NCBI GenBank assembly: GCA_951406725.2
Contig: OX597825.1
Span: forward strand, 1,798,001 to 1,862,000
Direction: 5' to 3'
Length of the DNA stretch: 64,000 bases
Source: Octopus vulgaris
Lineage: Eukaryota
Shown: one piece after another, positions 29,990 to 43,180 of the stretch
How the letters are laid out: each line of letters opens with the position of its first letter
Position numbering within the stretch: the first letter of the stretch is position 1
Translations under genes and position numbers: made by a program
The notes under the pieces: model-generated
What the model was told of the DNA's origin: nothing
What the model saw: the letters and a program-made list of their open reading frames with translations, nothing else
The model's database searches: none

Positions 29990-30102
29990 CCTATATGCAT
30001 TAAACTAGCAAAAAGGAAAATCGATGGATGGTCATAGCTGAAACACCTTTGATCATTGGGTCTTCTAGATCAGAGCTGACTTGGAGCTAAACAACCACAA
30101 AA
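29990..30102 (+). mobile_element. Old interspersed repeat family E, 3' part (...GATGGTCATAGCTG...TTTGATCAT...GCTGAC(C/T)TGG(G/A)GCTAAACAAC)
   Basis: Related copies lie near 30830-30990 (-), 35320-35530, 37045-37130 (-), 38250-38430, 38485-38550, 58450-58760 (-) and 60700-60800. The class is not identified; the AAC-type tail suggests a retroposon. Confidence 0.6.
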
Positions 30103-31099
30103 ACTGTTTTCTTTGGACAGAGTTTCTCTGATTTAATAGAGCTTGCTTATCTACTGTAAATAGCGGTTTGTGTTATTTTTTTCTTTCTGTTAATGCAAAG
30201 TTGCTGACACACTGTTTTGAATAATTGCAATTTCTGAGATGTTGGAAAAAGAATAAAAGAAAAAAAAGCAAGATTTTTTTTCCTAACATTCGAATGTCAA
30301 TGAAACATTTTTGAATATAGATCAGTCTAATTGTGAGAGGATTTCTACATCACTAGTATTATTTACAGCATTTTACTAGCGATGCTCTGCATTTTTTAAT
30401 GGCCTTTTATATTTTATTCCACTGTAGTTTTCAACTATAAATTAAAGAATTATGCATCATATAATCTTTCTGTTTTTGTCTGAGGTTTGTTTTGTTTTTG
30501 TTTTCCATTAGGCTGAACATAATAAAGAAAGAAAAAAGTGAAATGGAAGACAAGTCTAAACGAGAAACAACATCGATATCTCCAGACCAGAAACTTATCG
30601 ACCGTTGTCAAACATTTCGACTTTGGAATGTTTAATGCAAGAAATAAAATAACAAAACTTAATGAATTAGAAAAAAAGAATAATAAAACCGTTTGCTAAT
30701 AACAAAGATTACTTTCTCTTCACTGCCTTAATCTTAATAACCAAAATAGTGGACATATATTTGCATCAAATCAGTCTGTTTAGCTTTGTAGCTTCATGTA
30801 TTTTGCTTTTGCCGTTTTACCTAAGCTCAACACTGCAGAAAGCCTATGATCAAATGCGTTCGAGGCGTGACCATTCCGTCTATTTCTATTTGCAGGTAGA
30901 ATGCATACATGATTGTATCATGCAATGTCTTTTCTTATGACGATTCGGTGTGCTGCGTGGAAAATTTGACTGCTATTTCTACCAAGTTAATCAACCACAG
31001 TACTAGGTTCCTCATTGTCTCACTTGTTCAGGTATGTATGTATGTATGTATGTATGTATGTATGTATGTATGTATGTATGTATGTATGTATGCATGCAT

Positions 31100-31287
31100 C
31101 AGGATTGTAGCCAGATTCTAAAGTTAGTGGGAGCGACCACATTAGAAACAGGCGCCATGACACAGGACTGAGAATTTTTAACTCATTGATTACACATTCT
31201 AATTTTGTGTTAATAAAAAGTACAAAGTTTGAAATGTGCTCGTGGGGAGCGGTTGCACCCCTTTCACCCCTATTAGCAACGCCACAG
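31100..31287. mobile_element. hAT-like MITE inserted in a (TATG)n tract
   Basis: Termini CAGGATTGTAGCCAG and TAGCAACGCCACAG resemble CAGTGGCGTAGC-type TIRs. The 8-bp flanks GCATGCAT and GTATGTAT match at 6/8. Confidence 0.6.
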
Positions 31288-32318
31288 GTATGTATGTATG
31301 TATGTATGTATGTATGTATGTGTGTGTATGTGTGTTTGTGCGTGTATGTGTGTGTGTGTGCATGCGCGCTTTTGTGAAAACGTTTGCGTGATATTTCGTT
31401 ACCACTTCAATTCTTGTGTACCTTTTGGCGAAACTTAAGTTTCTTGCAAGAATTCGTACAAGGCCACCTGGTCTTCTACCTATGAAATTTTACCTTTTGA
31501 CTCTCAGCCTACCGGTCTGAGAGAGCGTAAAAGAGTTATTGAACACAACTCCTTATTCTTTAACTAACACGATGAGAAATTGTGACACACTATGATAATA
31601 TAAATTGTAAGTGCAATACTTTAACACAAACAACTTTTAAGCCTGAAACTAGAAAATCTATTAATTGATATTTTTAAATAGATCACTTGGATGCGGGTAT
31701 ATTAAACTTTTCTTATGGATGCATAAAAAAGTGTTATTGAGAAATATATAAAAGACTGAGTCATTCAAATTATGACAAATATTGCGTTCATTTAACAGAC
31801 AAACTATATGTAAAAATATCAAATGTATACCATGGAACAAAAAGTCTCCCAGTCACTGATGGTGAAGTCGGTTAACAAAACTTACGCAGCTAGGAAAGGT
31901 AAATATGTCACAACATCCTAAGTCGAAAGAAACTAAACGAAGCTCTGTTGTGCTGCTTGATATAATGAAGCAATCTCTGGGGTCATCTTTACCTTTCATT
32001 CTTTCGGGGTCAGAATATAAGAACCCGTCAGGTTCTAGATTTAATGTAATCATCATGCTTACTCACCTCAAAACCGCTGGCCTTTTGCCAAAATTAGAAA
32101 GGATAAAAATAAACAAAAACACACGGCAAACATCATTTCATCATAAAGATGAGACACACTATGAAGGCTCAGAAACGCTGATGATGGCTTTGGGAATTTT
32201 ACTGTTTCGAACAGACTGCAAGGAACTCATGAAAATTTAAAGAACTATCAATAAGAAAAGTAAAACTAAAGTACAGTTGCGTAAAACCTGCTCACCCTCT
32301 ATGTATACAAATGTATAT

Positions 32319-32373
<55 letters not shown>

Positions 32374-32374
32374 C

Positions 32375-33076
32375 ATAAAACTTAGATATATTTCGACCAA
32401 AAATTGGTCCAGGCCATGTCTAACTAAATAGCACCACTTAATAGGATTATCTAAATCCTGTTTAAGTCAAGTTTTGTTTACGGTCCATTCAAGTAGTAAG
32501 TTCTTGTTGAGTGAGCTGTATCCAGGTATGGGTCTCTTATCTGGTATTCCTTGAAGAAATCTGTCCAGGTTCCGTTTAAAGGTGATGGGATCCTTTTCCT
32601 CTTTGATCTCTTTCGGGACAACAGACAAGGTCTGTTGAGGAAAAGAAATTATGTCGCAGTGTACCTATGTGCTGTGATCCTGAATTGGGCAGGAGACGTA
32701 TGGTCCCTGGTCCTAGCCTTGGATGAACCTTGAAACCAATGTTCACGTCGTTTGGGCAATGCTGGCGGTGTATTCTCCACATCGTACAAATGATGTACCG
32801 CTCGCTGGAGAGAGTATACCTTCAATTCGTTTAGTGAGTGCCCTCTGGGGTGATTCAATCCTCGAGATGTTTTGTTTTGTATGGGGAGACCACAAGGAGC
32901 AGCAGTATTCGAGGTGTCGCCGTACAAAGGAGGAGAAAAGTGAAATGATGACACCTTGTTCTCTGGACCGGAAGGTTCTTAAGATCCAGTCGCTTATCCT
33001 ACGAGCTATGTCGACTTTATTGTTGATGTGGGCACTCCAACTGAGATTGTTATCTACAATTACACCCAGGTCTCTG

Positions 33077-33078
<2 letters not shown>
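32375..33078 (-). mobile_element. CR1/L2-group LINE, 5'-truncated: end of RT/thumb, C-terminus and 3' UTR (frameshifted)
   Basis: IRDLGVIVDNNLSWSAHINNKVDIARRISDWILRTFRSRE...LFSSFVRRHLEYCCSLWSPHTKQNISRIESPQRALTKRIEG, then LNELKVYSLQR and FKRNLDRFLQGIPD in shifted frames. These are typical CR1-type motifs. Confidence 0.92.
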
Positions 33079-33131
<53 letters not shown>

Positions 33132-33133
<2 letters not shown>

Positions 33134-33503
33134 TGGAGGCGCAATGGCCCAGTGGCTAGGGCAGCGGACTCGCGGTTTCGATTCTCAGACCGGGCGTTGT
33201 GAGTGTTTATTGAGCGAAAACACCTAAAGCTCCACGAGGCTCCGGCAGGGGATGGTGGTGATCCCTGCTGTACTCTTTCACCACAACTTTCTCTCACTCT
33301 TACTTCCTGTTTCTGTTGTACCTGTATTTCAAGGGGCCGGCCTTGTCACTCTCTGTGTCACGCTGAATATCCCCGAGAACTACGTTAAGGATACACGTGT
33401 CTGTGGAGTGCTCAGCCACTTACACGTTAATTTCACGAGCAGGCTGTTCTGTTGATTCGGATCAACCAGAACCCTCATCGTCGTCACCGACGGAGTGCTT
33501 CCA
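33132..33503 (+). mobile_element. tRNA-derived SINE family C within a (GA)n tract
   Basis: A-box TGGCCCAGTGG and B-box-like GGTTTCGATTCTC, with a unique body ending GACGGAGTGCTTCCA. (GA)n lies on both sides. Confidence 0.8.
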
Positions 33504-33505
33504 GA

Positions 33506-33555
<50 letters not shown>

Positions 33556-34933
33556 CATACAGACAGACAGACAGAGAGAGAGAGAGACATGCCTCTAATA
33601 ATAGCCGATCGTTGGTCGAGTGTTTGGTCGGTTGGCTGATTTCTCCAGTCACGCTTTACATCGTGTGGAGAGAAGGAAGAGAGGTAAGCAGAATGAGTGC
33701 ATAATCAGTATGGTGCCAGATTCGTAAAACTTTCAGAAAACGTCATTCTTTTTAAAAGATATTTTGCACCGGTTATCGTGTAGAGTGCGATTATGTTTTT
33801 TAAATTTATATATATATAAAGAAACATAAAAGAAAGACGTTTATAACAAATATACAAATGAGTGATATGCTTCACTTAATTTTATTTTGAAATCATAAAT
33901 ATTTTTCTCTTTGTTTGAGAATTTGTATTCAGTTTATCATTTTGCATAACAAGCAAGAAATTCGTTAAGAATACTTTCAAAGTAACACGTCATATGTCTG
34001 TGTGAGTGTGTTTGCGTACGTATGTATGTATATGTGTGCATGTATGTATGTATGTATATGTGTGCATGTATGTATGTATGTATATATATACTCAAAATAG
34101 GCAACCAGTATATCTTAGGTAATTTAGTACAATCGTTTCATGCTACTTATATATATATATACTGAACGTCCCACGGGGATTTTGCTTTGCTGAAGTTTTC
34201 GAAATTTTGGAGTTGTAATTACCTAACGAATGAGTTCATTTTCCTAGGTAGTAATGTTGAAGCTATTATTACTTCAGGAAGAGCCGTTTTTTTCTTTCTA
34301 CTACAACGGTGTCATTGACTAGGTGGCAATTGGGCGATTAGATTTTGACTGCTCATTAAGTACATTAGACTCACATTTGCACTAAGGGACGTCAGACTTC
34401 ATGGAGGGCCTGGCAAAATTTCTTATTTCATTTAGTTACATTTCTTTTCATTCTGCATTCAAAATATCCACGGTCAAATTTTCTTGCCTTTTATTCTTCT
34501 AAACTTGCTAAATTCAACACCATTTTTATGTGTGTACGTATGGCGGGGCTTCTTTCAAATATATACATCCCTTCTTCAAAACGAATTCGTTTGTATTTGT
34601 ATCTATATTAGAAATCAATACTGTGACAAGTTGCAAAAAATTACGTTTTGATTTAATGTCCCTTTAACAAGGTAGTAATACGTCTTTCAGCAAATAGTAA
34701 GAATATTGATTTATTGATCAGATAGATAGACATATGGTGAGCAGAAGTTGAAGTGTTCAATCATACATGTCTTTTTAATCGATGCCGGCAACGGATTATC
34801 ACACTGAACGCACAAACGGTATACATACATACATACATACATACATACATACATACATACATACATACATACATACATACATACATACATACATACATAC
34901 ATACATACATACATACATACATACATACATACA

Positions 34934-34966
<33 letters not shown>

Positions 34967-35078
34967 GTATGTGTGTGTGTATGTATGTATGTATGTATGT
35001 ATGTATGTATGTATGTATGTATGTATGCATGCATGTATGCATGTGTGACTATATATATATAATGTATGTATGTATGAA

Positions 35079-35132
<54 letters not shown>

Positions 35133-36417
35133 TGTGTGTGTGTGTATCGAAAAAGAGAGAGAGAGAGAAGGAGAGAGGAAGCGTATGGATGTATGGATGA
35201 ATATTTAAATTAAGTATAGCTTGACAGTGTAATATATTGTTTTACGTTTCAGCAAAATTAAATTAAATAAGAAATTTTGATGGTTATTTATTTATTGCAA
35301 AGACAAGCCAGCCATAGAGCCTATGTGTGGCTGCTCAACTTATTAGAAACTGTAGTCAAATCTCCCTCAAATCACACCATAAGTTCTTCAAAGAAGAAAG
35401 ATCACACTGGATAATATAGTTTATGTTACAATATATAGAAGAAAACAAACTATAACATTAATTGTCACAGCTGGATTTTCTTTGATCATAAGTCTGCTTC
35501 GTCAGATCTGACCTGGGGCTAAGCATCAATAATAACGAGTACTAATATCGATTTATCGATCGTATAGATAGACATATGGTAAGCAGGAGTTGAACTGTTC
35601 AACCATATGTCTATTTAATCGAAGGAATGTCGACAGCGGATTATCGTGGAGTGAGGGGGAGAGAAAAAGAGAGAAAGAAAGAGTGGGGAGAAATACATAA
35701 ATATTTAAATTAAGTGTGGCCTGACAGTTTAATATAGATTGTTTTCCGTTTAAGCAAACTTAAATTCAATAATGAAATTTTCTTCGTCGTGAACATATGT
35801 GTTTATATATTGCAAATAGTGTGAAAGTGGAGAGCGGAAGTCAAAGGGACAGTTAGTTTTATTGATATTAAGTTCATACAAGTTGTAGAAGCAAGAATTA
35901 ACAGAGCACTTGTCAGTAGAGAGCATCGAGTCTTGCTTCCTTTTTAGATATTGATTTTTGACCATTAGCATAAGGTTGGTGTTGGAGGGAAGATAGAGTA
36001 TGTGCCAGTATGGTTTGAACTCAGGACATAACGTAGACTAAACGAATTAACGTCAGATATAGCCTTACAATGTCTGCTCCCGCTTTTTAAGTTCTAAGGT
36101 CAATTTCCTCCGACGACGTCTATTTGGTTTTCATTCGTTCGGAGCAGATAAACAGAATCAACAGAAGCGTTGATAGGAAAGAAATCTCTGTCAAAGGAAG
36201 AGACGAGGAGCGAACGAAGGAACTACTATTGGGTCGGTCTACTTGCAAGAAACATTGCCTAGATCCGGAGCCAAAGTGAATGCTATAAGGCCGATTCAAA
36301 GCTAGCTAAACATAGCAGCCAAATAGTTTTCAAATTAATACTCTTGTCACACTAAGAGTTTTGATCATTAATCTACTCGACCATGGTTCTCCTCGTGCTA
36401 ATTAGCAGCATCAAATC

Positions 36418-36722
36418 CACTGACAGAAATCGAAACACGTACCTCTTGTTTTTCGAACACAGCTCTGCTATTATTTACACTTCACAGAAAGTTCAGATCT
36501 GCTTAGATGTTAGCTCTCACTGAGTGGAATCGAACCATAAACCTCTTGTGTTTCGAGCTATCAATCATGCTGTTTATTTACACAGCAGGGAAGGTTTGCG
36601 TCTGCTTAGCTGTTAATTCTCACTGCCAAAAATCGAACCTGTGCACCTCTTGTGTTTCTGGCAATTAATCGTATTGTTATTTACACCATCCAAAAGGTTT
36701 GCGTCTGCTTACATGTTAACTC
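36418..36722 (-). repeat. Three tandem ~100-bp units, each with a tRNA B-box-like motif
   Basis: Units start with CACTG at 36418, 36518 and 36621. They share AATCGAA..ACCTCTTGT..TTTC, TATTTACAC and TCTGCTTA..TGTTA. Unit 2 contains GGAATCGAACC (reverse complement GGTTCGATTCC). Confidence 0.85.
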
Positions 36723-38789
36723 ATTCCATTTTGAGACTACTGTGTGCAAAATCCTAGAACTTGGGCAATTAATAGATTGATTGAAAGGCGGATTTGTTGC
36801 TTGTGATAAATCTATTATCTTCATAATGAATATTTCTGCTCAATGTAATCTTTAAAGTGCAGAGAAAATAGGGATTATCAATTCTAAGCTCTAAAATTGA
36901 CATTAAGAAGATTAACAATATAGATATATAAATGCGAGCCAACATCTATATTTATATGTACTAATGGATTGTAGTTGGTAGTAGCCAATGCAACGTTGAA
37001 ATATCATATTCAAGAATTAATCGATAATCTCAATGTTAATTTACTGTGTTGTTGTTGTTTAGCCCCAAGACACACTTGATTGGACAGACTTGACGATGAA
37101 AGACGTTTCAGCCGTACCTATCCAGTCCTTATGTTACAGCAATAGATTGGTAAAAATCAATAGAGAGTCGGAGAAAATGCCCAGTGGTATTTAGTTAAAA
37201 TCTTGTCGAGTTGAACTTTGTTTTCAACTTTCGCAGTCAAGACAAGCGCCGATAGTAAATAGAATTATAACGAAGACAAGATGACAATATAATGAATCTG
37301 GAACTCAATTTTCCTGATTGCTTATAACTTTGTTTTCTAAGACAGTGGGAAAATATTTGAAATTTAATTTGTCGCGTTTTTCTAACAGGTTGAAACCCGT
37401 CTTATAAGTTCTTCTTTTTTTTTCTTGTTAATCTACTATTTTACAGAGAACATTTTTATGAGACAACTTGTTTATTTAGCTTAATACAGAAAATTTAAGA
37501 TAAATGAGAAATTTGTGCCACAGCTGACTAAATCAAAAGGCAGAGGGCATACGGTTGAAGAGCCGATAGTTCGTATAGTGACACTGCTATATTTCGTGTT
37601 TAAGACTGTAATTGCAAAGTTCTAGGCTTCTTAAAATCCACCTGGTTGAAAGCATGTGATTGATATATAACCCAAAAGTAGTCTTGGTTAAGCAGACATA
37701 TGCTCAGAAGTGCTTCAGCTGTGGCCATCCAAAATGTTTTTTCTTTCTTTCTTTTTATCATCGAGGACTCTGTTTATAATAGTAGAGTATATCTGAAATA
37801 TTTTTGGCGGAGCTGCTGCATTGAAGCTATCACGTTGTTTGATAAGAGGAACGGTAAGATCGTGTGGTTCACTTTTGTAATTAGTGACAACACTGTAAAA
37901 ATTAGCCAGCACTTCTTTGATTCGCCAATATCTTTAGTCCCTCTGTGTGTGCTATCCCAATGTTAGAAATAGTAATCAGCATTTTAGATTTTAACTCCGT
38001 CACAAAAGCAGAACCAAAGTTTAGCGAATGAGAAAGGAAACTAAATAAAATGTATAAGAACCACGTATTTCTATATCATTTAATGTATGAGTGAAATTTC
38101 ATGTAACTCATAATTGGCAATACAGTATTTTAAATCAATGTTTAAAATGAAAATCTTAAATCAGATTTTAAAATGTGGATGGTGAGTCGATAGTGTCGGA
38201 GACATTGGAAACAGCAACACTATAGCATTACGTATGTATCATTATACAGCTGCCCAATCTTCTAGAAATAGTAGCCATATCGCACTCAAATCCTACCAAG
38301 GCACTTTAGATAATGTAATATTACTAAAAACACAGTTTTTAAAATAAAAATGCTGTGCTATCTCGTTTCCAACCTCCTTGATCATCGGTCTGTTCAATGA
38401 GTGCTGTCCTGAGGCTAAAGAACAACAGGAAGTATATATTGGGATAATCTAATACTAGATTCAGTATGTATGAAAGAAAAAGACCGGATGGTCATGGCTG
38501 GTACACCTTTGATCATAGGTCTACTCGATTAGGGATGACTTGAGGCGAAATAGCAAAGACAGGAAGTACACATTAGCCGATGTAACCTTAAATTCTGTAT
38601 GGTTGAAAAAAAGACAAATTGGGCATGGCTGGTACATTTTTGACCATATGTTTTCTTAAACAAGGATGAGCGGAGGGGAAACAATAGTAAGAGCGATACT
38701 ATATCTTCAGATATGAAATCAAATAGAGAATAAGATAAGTTATACAAAGCATAATTTCATTTTTGAAGTGGTTTTAGGTTGAAGTGTGC

Positions 38790-38962
38790 AATCTTTTTAT
38801 GTTTCATCAATCATTTGCTTCAGTCGTCACTGGACTCTGGGCTACAGGGTAACCGCCTGGATGAGGTGAGTCGGACAAATCGACCCGCAGTACTTATTCT
38901 ATCGGTTTCTGATTCTGAACTGCTAGGTAACGGTACGTAAACACACCAACGCTAGTTGTCAG
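38790..38962 (-). mobile_element. SINE family B, degenerate 3' half
   Basis: AAATCGACCC..AGTACTTATTCTATCGGT...CGTAAACACACCAAC matches family B. Confidence 0.7.
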
Positions 38963-40062
38963 CACATATGAATCCTTTAAGAAACCAGAATAACTATAAC
39001 GTATCTAGAGAACTTTATGTCAGTTGTGCAAGAAAGCTAAATTTTCTACTTCAGGCTCCGTTGAGCACATCCCTCCTCAGTTTCTTTAGGGGTCACTGAC
39101 AATCTGAATGGCTATTTTGGCGGAGAGAATTTTCCAGATAATTTCAAAACAGACGAATATAACAAATGCTTCATAATATTTGTATCGTAAATTTAAAATA
39201 AGATTTGCTTGGTGGTATAAGCCGCATCAGCATCGTAGTAAGAACAACAGTGGTTTTGTCAGGAAAACATGTAAGGGCGGTGAAATACGTACTAATTTGA
39301 TTGGTCGGCCACCCCCAAATATGTATATGCTGTACAGCTATCACATGAAATAAGGATTTATGCCATTAAACATGCTGAAGATGGCTATGAGGATGGAATG
39401 ATTAAATGATACTATTTTTTGTTGATCTTGTTCTGGCTGTTGTCCTCAGAAGAATCTTCATCGGGCCTATATCCAGAGATAGGGCAGCTGTGACTATTTC
39501 GTCTTTTTACCCTCGAAATAGTGAATAACATTACTCATTGTGTTTGTTTTTTTTTTTTTGAAGGTCTATCAACGTAATTTGAAGAGGATTAGATTACTAG
39601 TTCTAAAAGGTGAAACAACAACAAACGTTTAGTCAAAGGGGCCATGATAAAAGGGCTGTGCATGAACCAGTTTGTTGTCTTGCGATGTTCTTCTGATCGA
39701 TTGTCTGAGATATAAATCATTAAGAAAGTATTAAAGCTATCGATCAGTCGTTCCCTATTTCGGAAAAAACTCTGTTTTTTTTTCTTGCGATAATTAAACG
39801 AAAAGGAATCTTGACTTCGATACGATTTAATGAATGGCGGACATAAGCAACGCAAGAAATTGATGATTTTCCCAACTGACCCAACTTTCGAGAAAGTGTT
39901 CTAAATCATAAGAGTGTAGGGACATAACGCACACATGTACTCAAAAATATACACATCCATTTATTCTTACACACATCTTGCATATATAGTAACGAAGAGA
40001 GAAAATATGAAACATATAGTGTAGGGCTTGATTTATATATATATATACACTAATATAATAAC

Positions 40063-40103
<41 letters not shown>

Positions 40104-40682
40104 TACACAATAATATATTATATATATATAAGTATTGACAATATAGCCCTATAATATTGATACACATATACGCACATACATGTGTGTGTGTGTAATGTAT
40201 ATATGTATATATAAACGACCAGGCTACCGGCAGTAAAGATAATGATGGGAAAAGGTTTTCAAAATGTTTTTGCTTTCTTTTTTTGAAGAACGGTTTAAAT
40301 GACTTTAATGACCGGAGAGTAGAACCAAGTTAAACTTTTCTCTATCGACGTTTGCTTTTTTTGTCTTATTTCTGATTTTAATGGAATACTTTTAGAAATA
40401 ACATCGTTATTTAACTTGAATTGTCTCTTTATGTATGTATTTGTTTGTTTTAGTTGCTCTGCAATTGTAAGTTATTTTTAAAAATAGATACTTCGGTGGA
40501 AAATGAAATGAATTTAATAGGATGACTAATAATAATAATAAATGGAAAGCAAGCTAATTATATGTGTTACCTCGACAGTAACCGCCTTCGACTTTTCTTT
40601 TCGAAAGCAACAATGAAAATCGTGATGATGATAACGTTTGTTACTTATTAGCCGCCTGGGCTTTTACATATACATATAATAT

Positions 40683-41078
40683 TCTTTTCTACTCTAAGCA
40701 CAAGGCCCGAAATTTTGGGGGAGGGGCCCAGTCGATTAGATAAACCCCAGTACACAACTGGTACTTAATTTATCGACTCCGAAAGGATGAAAGGCAAAGT
40801 CGACCTCAGCGGAATTTGAACTCAGAACGTAAAGACAAACGAAATACCTATTACTTTACTGCCCACAAGGGGCTAAACACAGAGGACAAACAAGGACAGA
40901 CAAACAGATTAAGTCGATTACATCGACCCCAGTGCATAACTGGTACTTAATTTATCGACCCCGAAAGGATGAAAGGCAAAGTCGACCTCGGCGGAATTTG
41001 AACTCAGAACGTAACGGCAGACGAAATACGGCTACGCATTTCGCCCAGCGTGCTAAAGTTTTTGCCAGCTCGCCGCCT
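40683..41078 (-). mobile_element. Dimeric SINE family A (full monomer plus 5'-truncated monomer with a different tail)
   Basis: Two copies of GGTACTTAATTTATCGAC.CCGAAAGGATGAAAGGCAAAGTCGACCTC.GCGGAATTTGAACTCAGAACG, with the junction near 40850. Confidence 0.93.
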
Positions 41079-41321
41079 TATATATAAATATAATATCAAA
41101 AGGTATGGGACCACGAAACTGCGTGGGAAAGAACATTGCTATATAAAGATGATGAGAGGAATAATGACGTTTATGTGATGGACGCTGGTTATACGTTAAG
41201 AATCGTTGAATAAATATAAAATTATTTATAATATGCTATAATTAAAACAAGATATAATTTTAATCGAAATAAGTGAAAATACAAATCGGATAAACGACCT
41301 ACACACAAGTACAAAAACACT

Positions 41322-41581
41322 TCAGCGCTTTCTGCAACTCTTGCTGTCATTCTGTAAGTTTCTTTTTCTATTCCACGTAATCTCTTGTTCCAAAATATCA
41401 ATGAGCAAGTCTTGGGTTGGGACAGTCGAAAAAATCTCTTTATAGAATTGTTCTTCGGTTATTACTAGAATCCTGCTTTTCGCAAGGGATCGTACAATAG
41501 GAACCAATTTCTCTCGAACCTCTTCTAAATTCGACCCAATATAGCTATATAGATCCTCTAAGGATATCACGATTTTTATTG
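41322..41581 (-). CDS. Candidate coding exon or pseudo-exon resembling a truncated CARD (death-fold) domain
   Basis: Non-repetitive open frame ISLEDLYSYIGSNLEEVREKLVPIVRSLAKSRILVITEEQFYKEIFSTVPTQDLLIDILEQEITW, with a long polypyrimidine tract at 41612-41639 on the minus strand. The amphipathic pattern resembles CARD helices 1-4 by eye only. Confidence 0.4.
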
Positions 41582-41956
41582 CTTGAACCAGCGTTGAAAA
41601 AAGATCAGTTGAAAAAAAAAAAAGAAAAAGAAAAAGAAACCATCCAACAGGTTTTGGGTTAATTTCCTATTATGTTAAGCTATTGATGCGATTTTCAGCA
41701 AGAGCCTTCTACATGCCTGTCTTATGTACATCGGTCCTACTTCTTTCTCCTCATATATATCCTCCTCAACTTTACCATCTTAATTGACACCCGACTCTGA
41801 GCTGATGGAGGTGTAGCTGAATCCAACCGCCATGATTTTCCTGTTATCATGGTAGAGTAGGAAACTCCTTGTGTGTATTTTGATTTGTTTTGACGGCCTT
41901 CTGTTTCTCCTTCCTTCTTATATTTACAACATACATACATAGATACATACATACAA

Positions 41957-42007
<51 letters not shown>

Positions 42008-42029
42008 TGAGAGAGAGAGAGAGAGAGAG

Positions 42030-42088
<59 letters not shown>

Positions 42089-42829
42089 AAACAGTACACA
42101 ATTTAAAACATTTTCTGCTCCGATTAAATCTTGTGATGTTTCAGTACAGATATATATTACCATATACCAGAGCTATTTTGTGCACATTTTCTTATTTAAT
42201 AAAAATAGCTACCAACGTTAGCACTATAAATTATGCAAACTAGAATCTCTAATTCGCTGATATTATCATATTTGGTGGACTTATAATGCTATTAGCTACA
42301 GAATTCTCTGTGCCCAGAGGGAGGTCTACACGCTCTCTGAGGAGTATTCCAGATATAACCGAAACTCGAGTCAGATCATTTGCCACTTTTTGTGTCTGCA
42401 TAGAAATACATAAAAATATATTGGAAGTAAATAAACTAATATTGTCTAATGTATTCCGCCACCTTATCACTTTTAACCCTATAGCATTAAACATGGCCAT
42501 ATCAGGCCCTTATTTTCTAGCTGTTTTATGTTGAAACCGGCCAGATCTGACTTCACACAGTTATCTTACAAAATCGTTCTACATACAAACGATCACAACA
42601 CTGAAGTTTCGAAGCAACGAGGGAATTCCTGATAAATTCAAAACAATTTGACTGAATAAACATTACATTTGAGAGTAACCTGAAAGCTAAAAAAAAGTCG
42701 AGATGGTTGAGATTTTATTTCAGTGAAAAAGGCCGGCCATACCTTGCAGTTTGGATCATTGAATAGTTGCACCCACGTTAGCTACACTTTTATTTTGTCA
42801 GAAGAATGTAAAGTTTTGTAGGTTCGATA

Positions 42830-43180
42830 GGTGCAAGAAAGGCTTTGTAGTTAAGAATCTCGTTACGTTTCCGGTTCAGTCCCATTGCGCCGTACTTTAG
42901 TCATGTTTCTTCAAATATAGTTCCAGGCCAAACAATGTCTTATAAATGCATTTGGTAAGCAGAAATTATGTGGTAGTAGGCTCTGTGTGTGTGTGTGTGT
43001 GTTTGTGTGTGTGTTTGTGCTTGTATTTTTTCCTCCTGCTTGACAGCTGGTGTTGCATTATTTACGACCCCATAACTTAGCAGCTCAGCAAAATAAACCG
43101 ATAAAATAGGTTCTAAACTTAGAAAAAAAGAAAGAAAGAAAAAGAAAACACTAAGGTCGATTTGTTCAATTAAACCCCAA
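42830..43180 (+). mobile_element. SINE family B, degenerate full length with internal (TG)n
   Basis: GGTTCAGTCCCATTGCG head, internal microsatellite, then TTGACAGCTGGTGTTG...CATAACTTAGCAG. Confidence 0.75.

Noticed and set aside
36418-36722. CRISPR-like repeat-spacer array
   Set aside because: Eukaryotic context; the units are similar along their whole length, with no unique spacers or cas genes.
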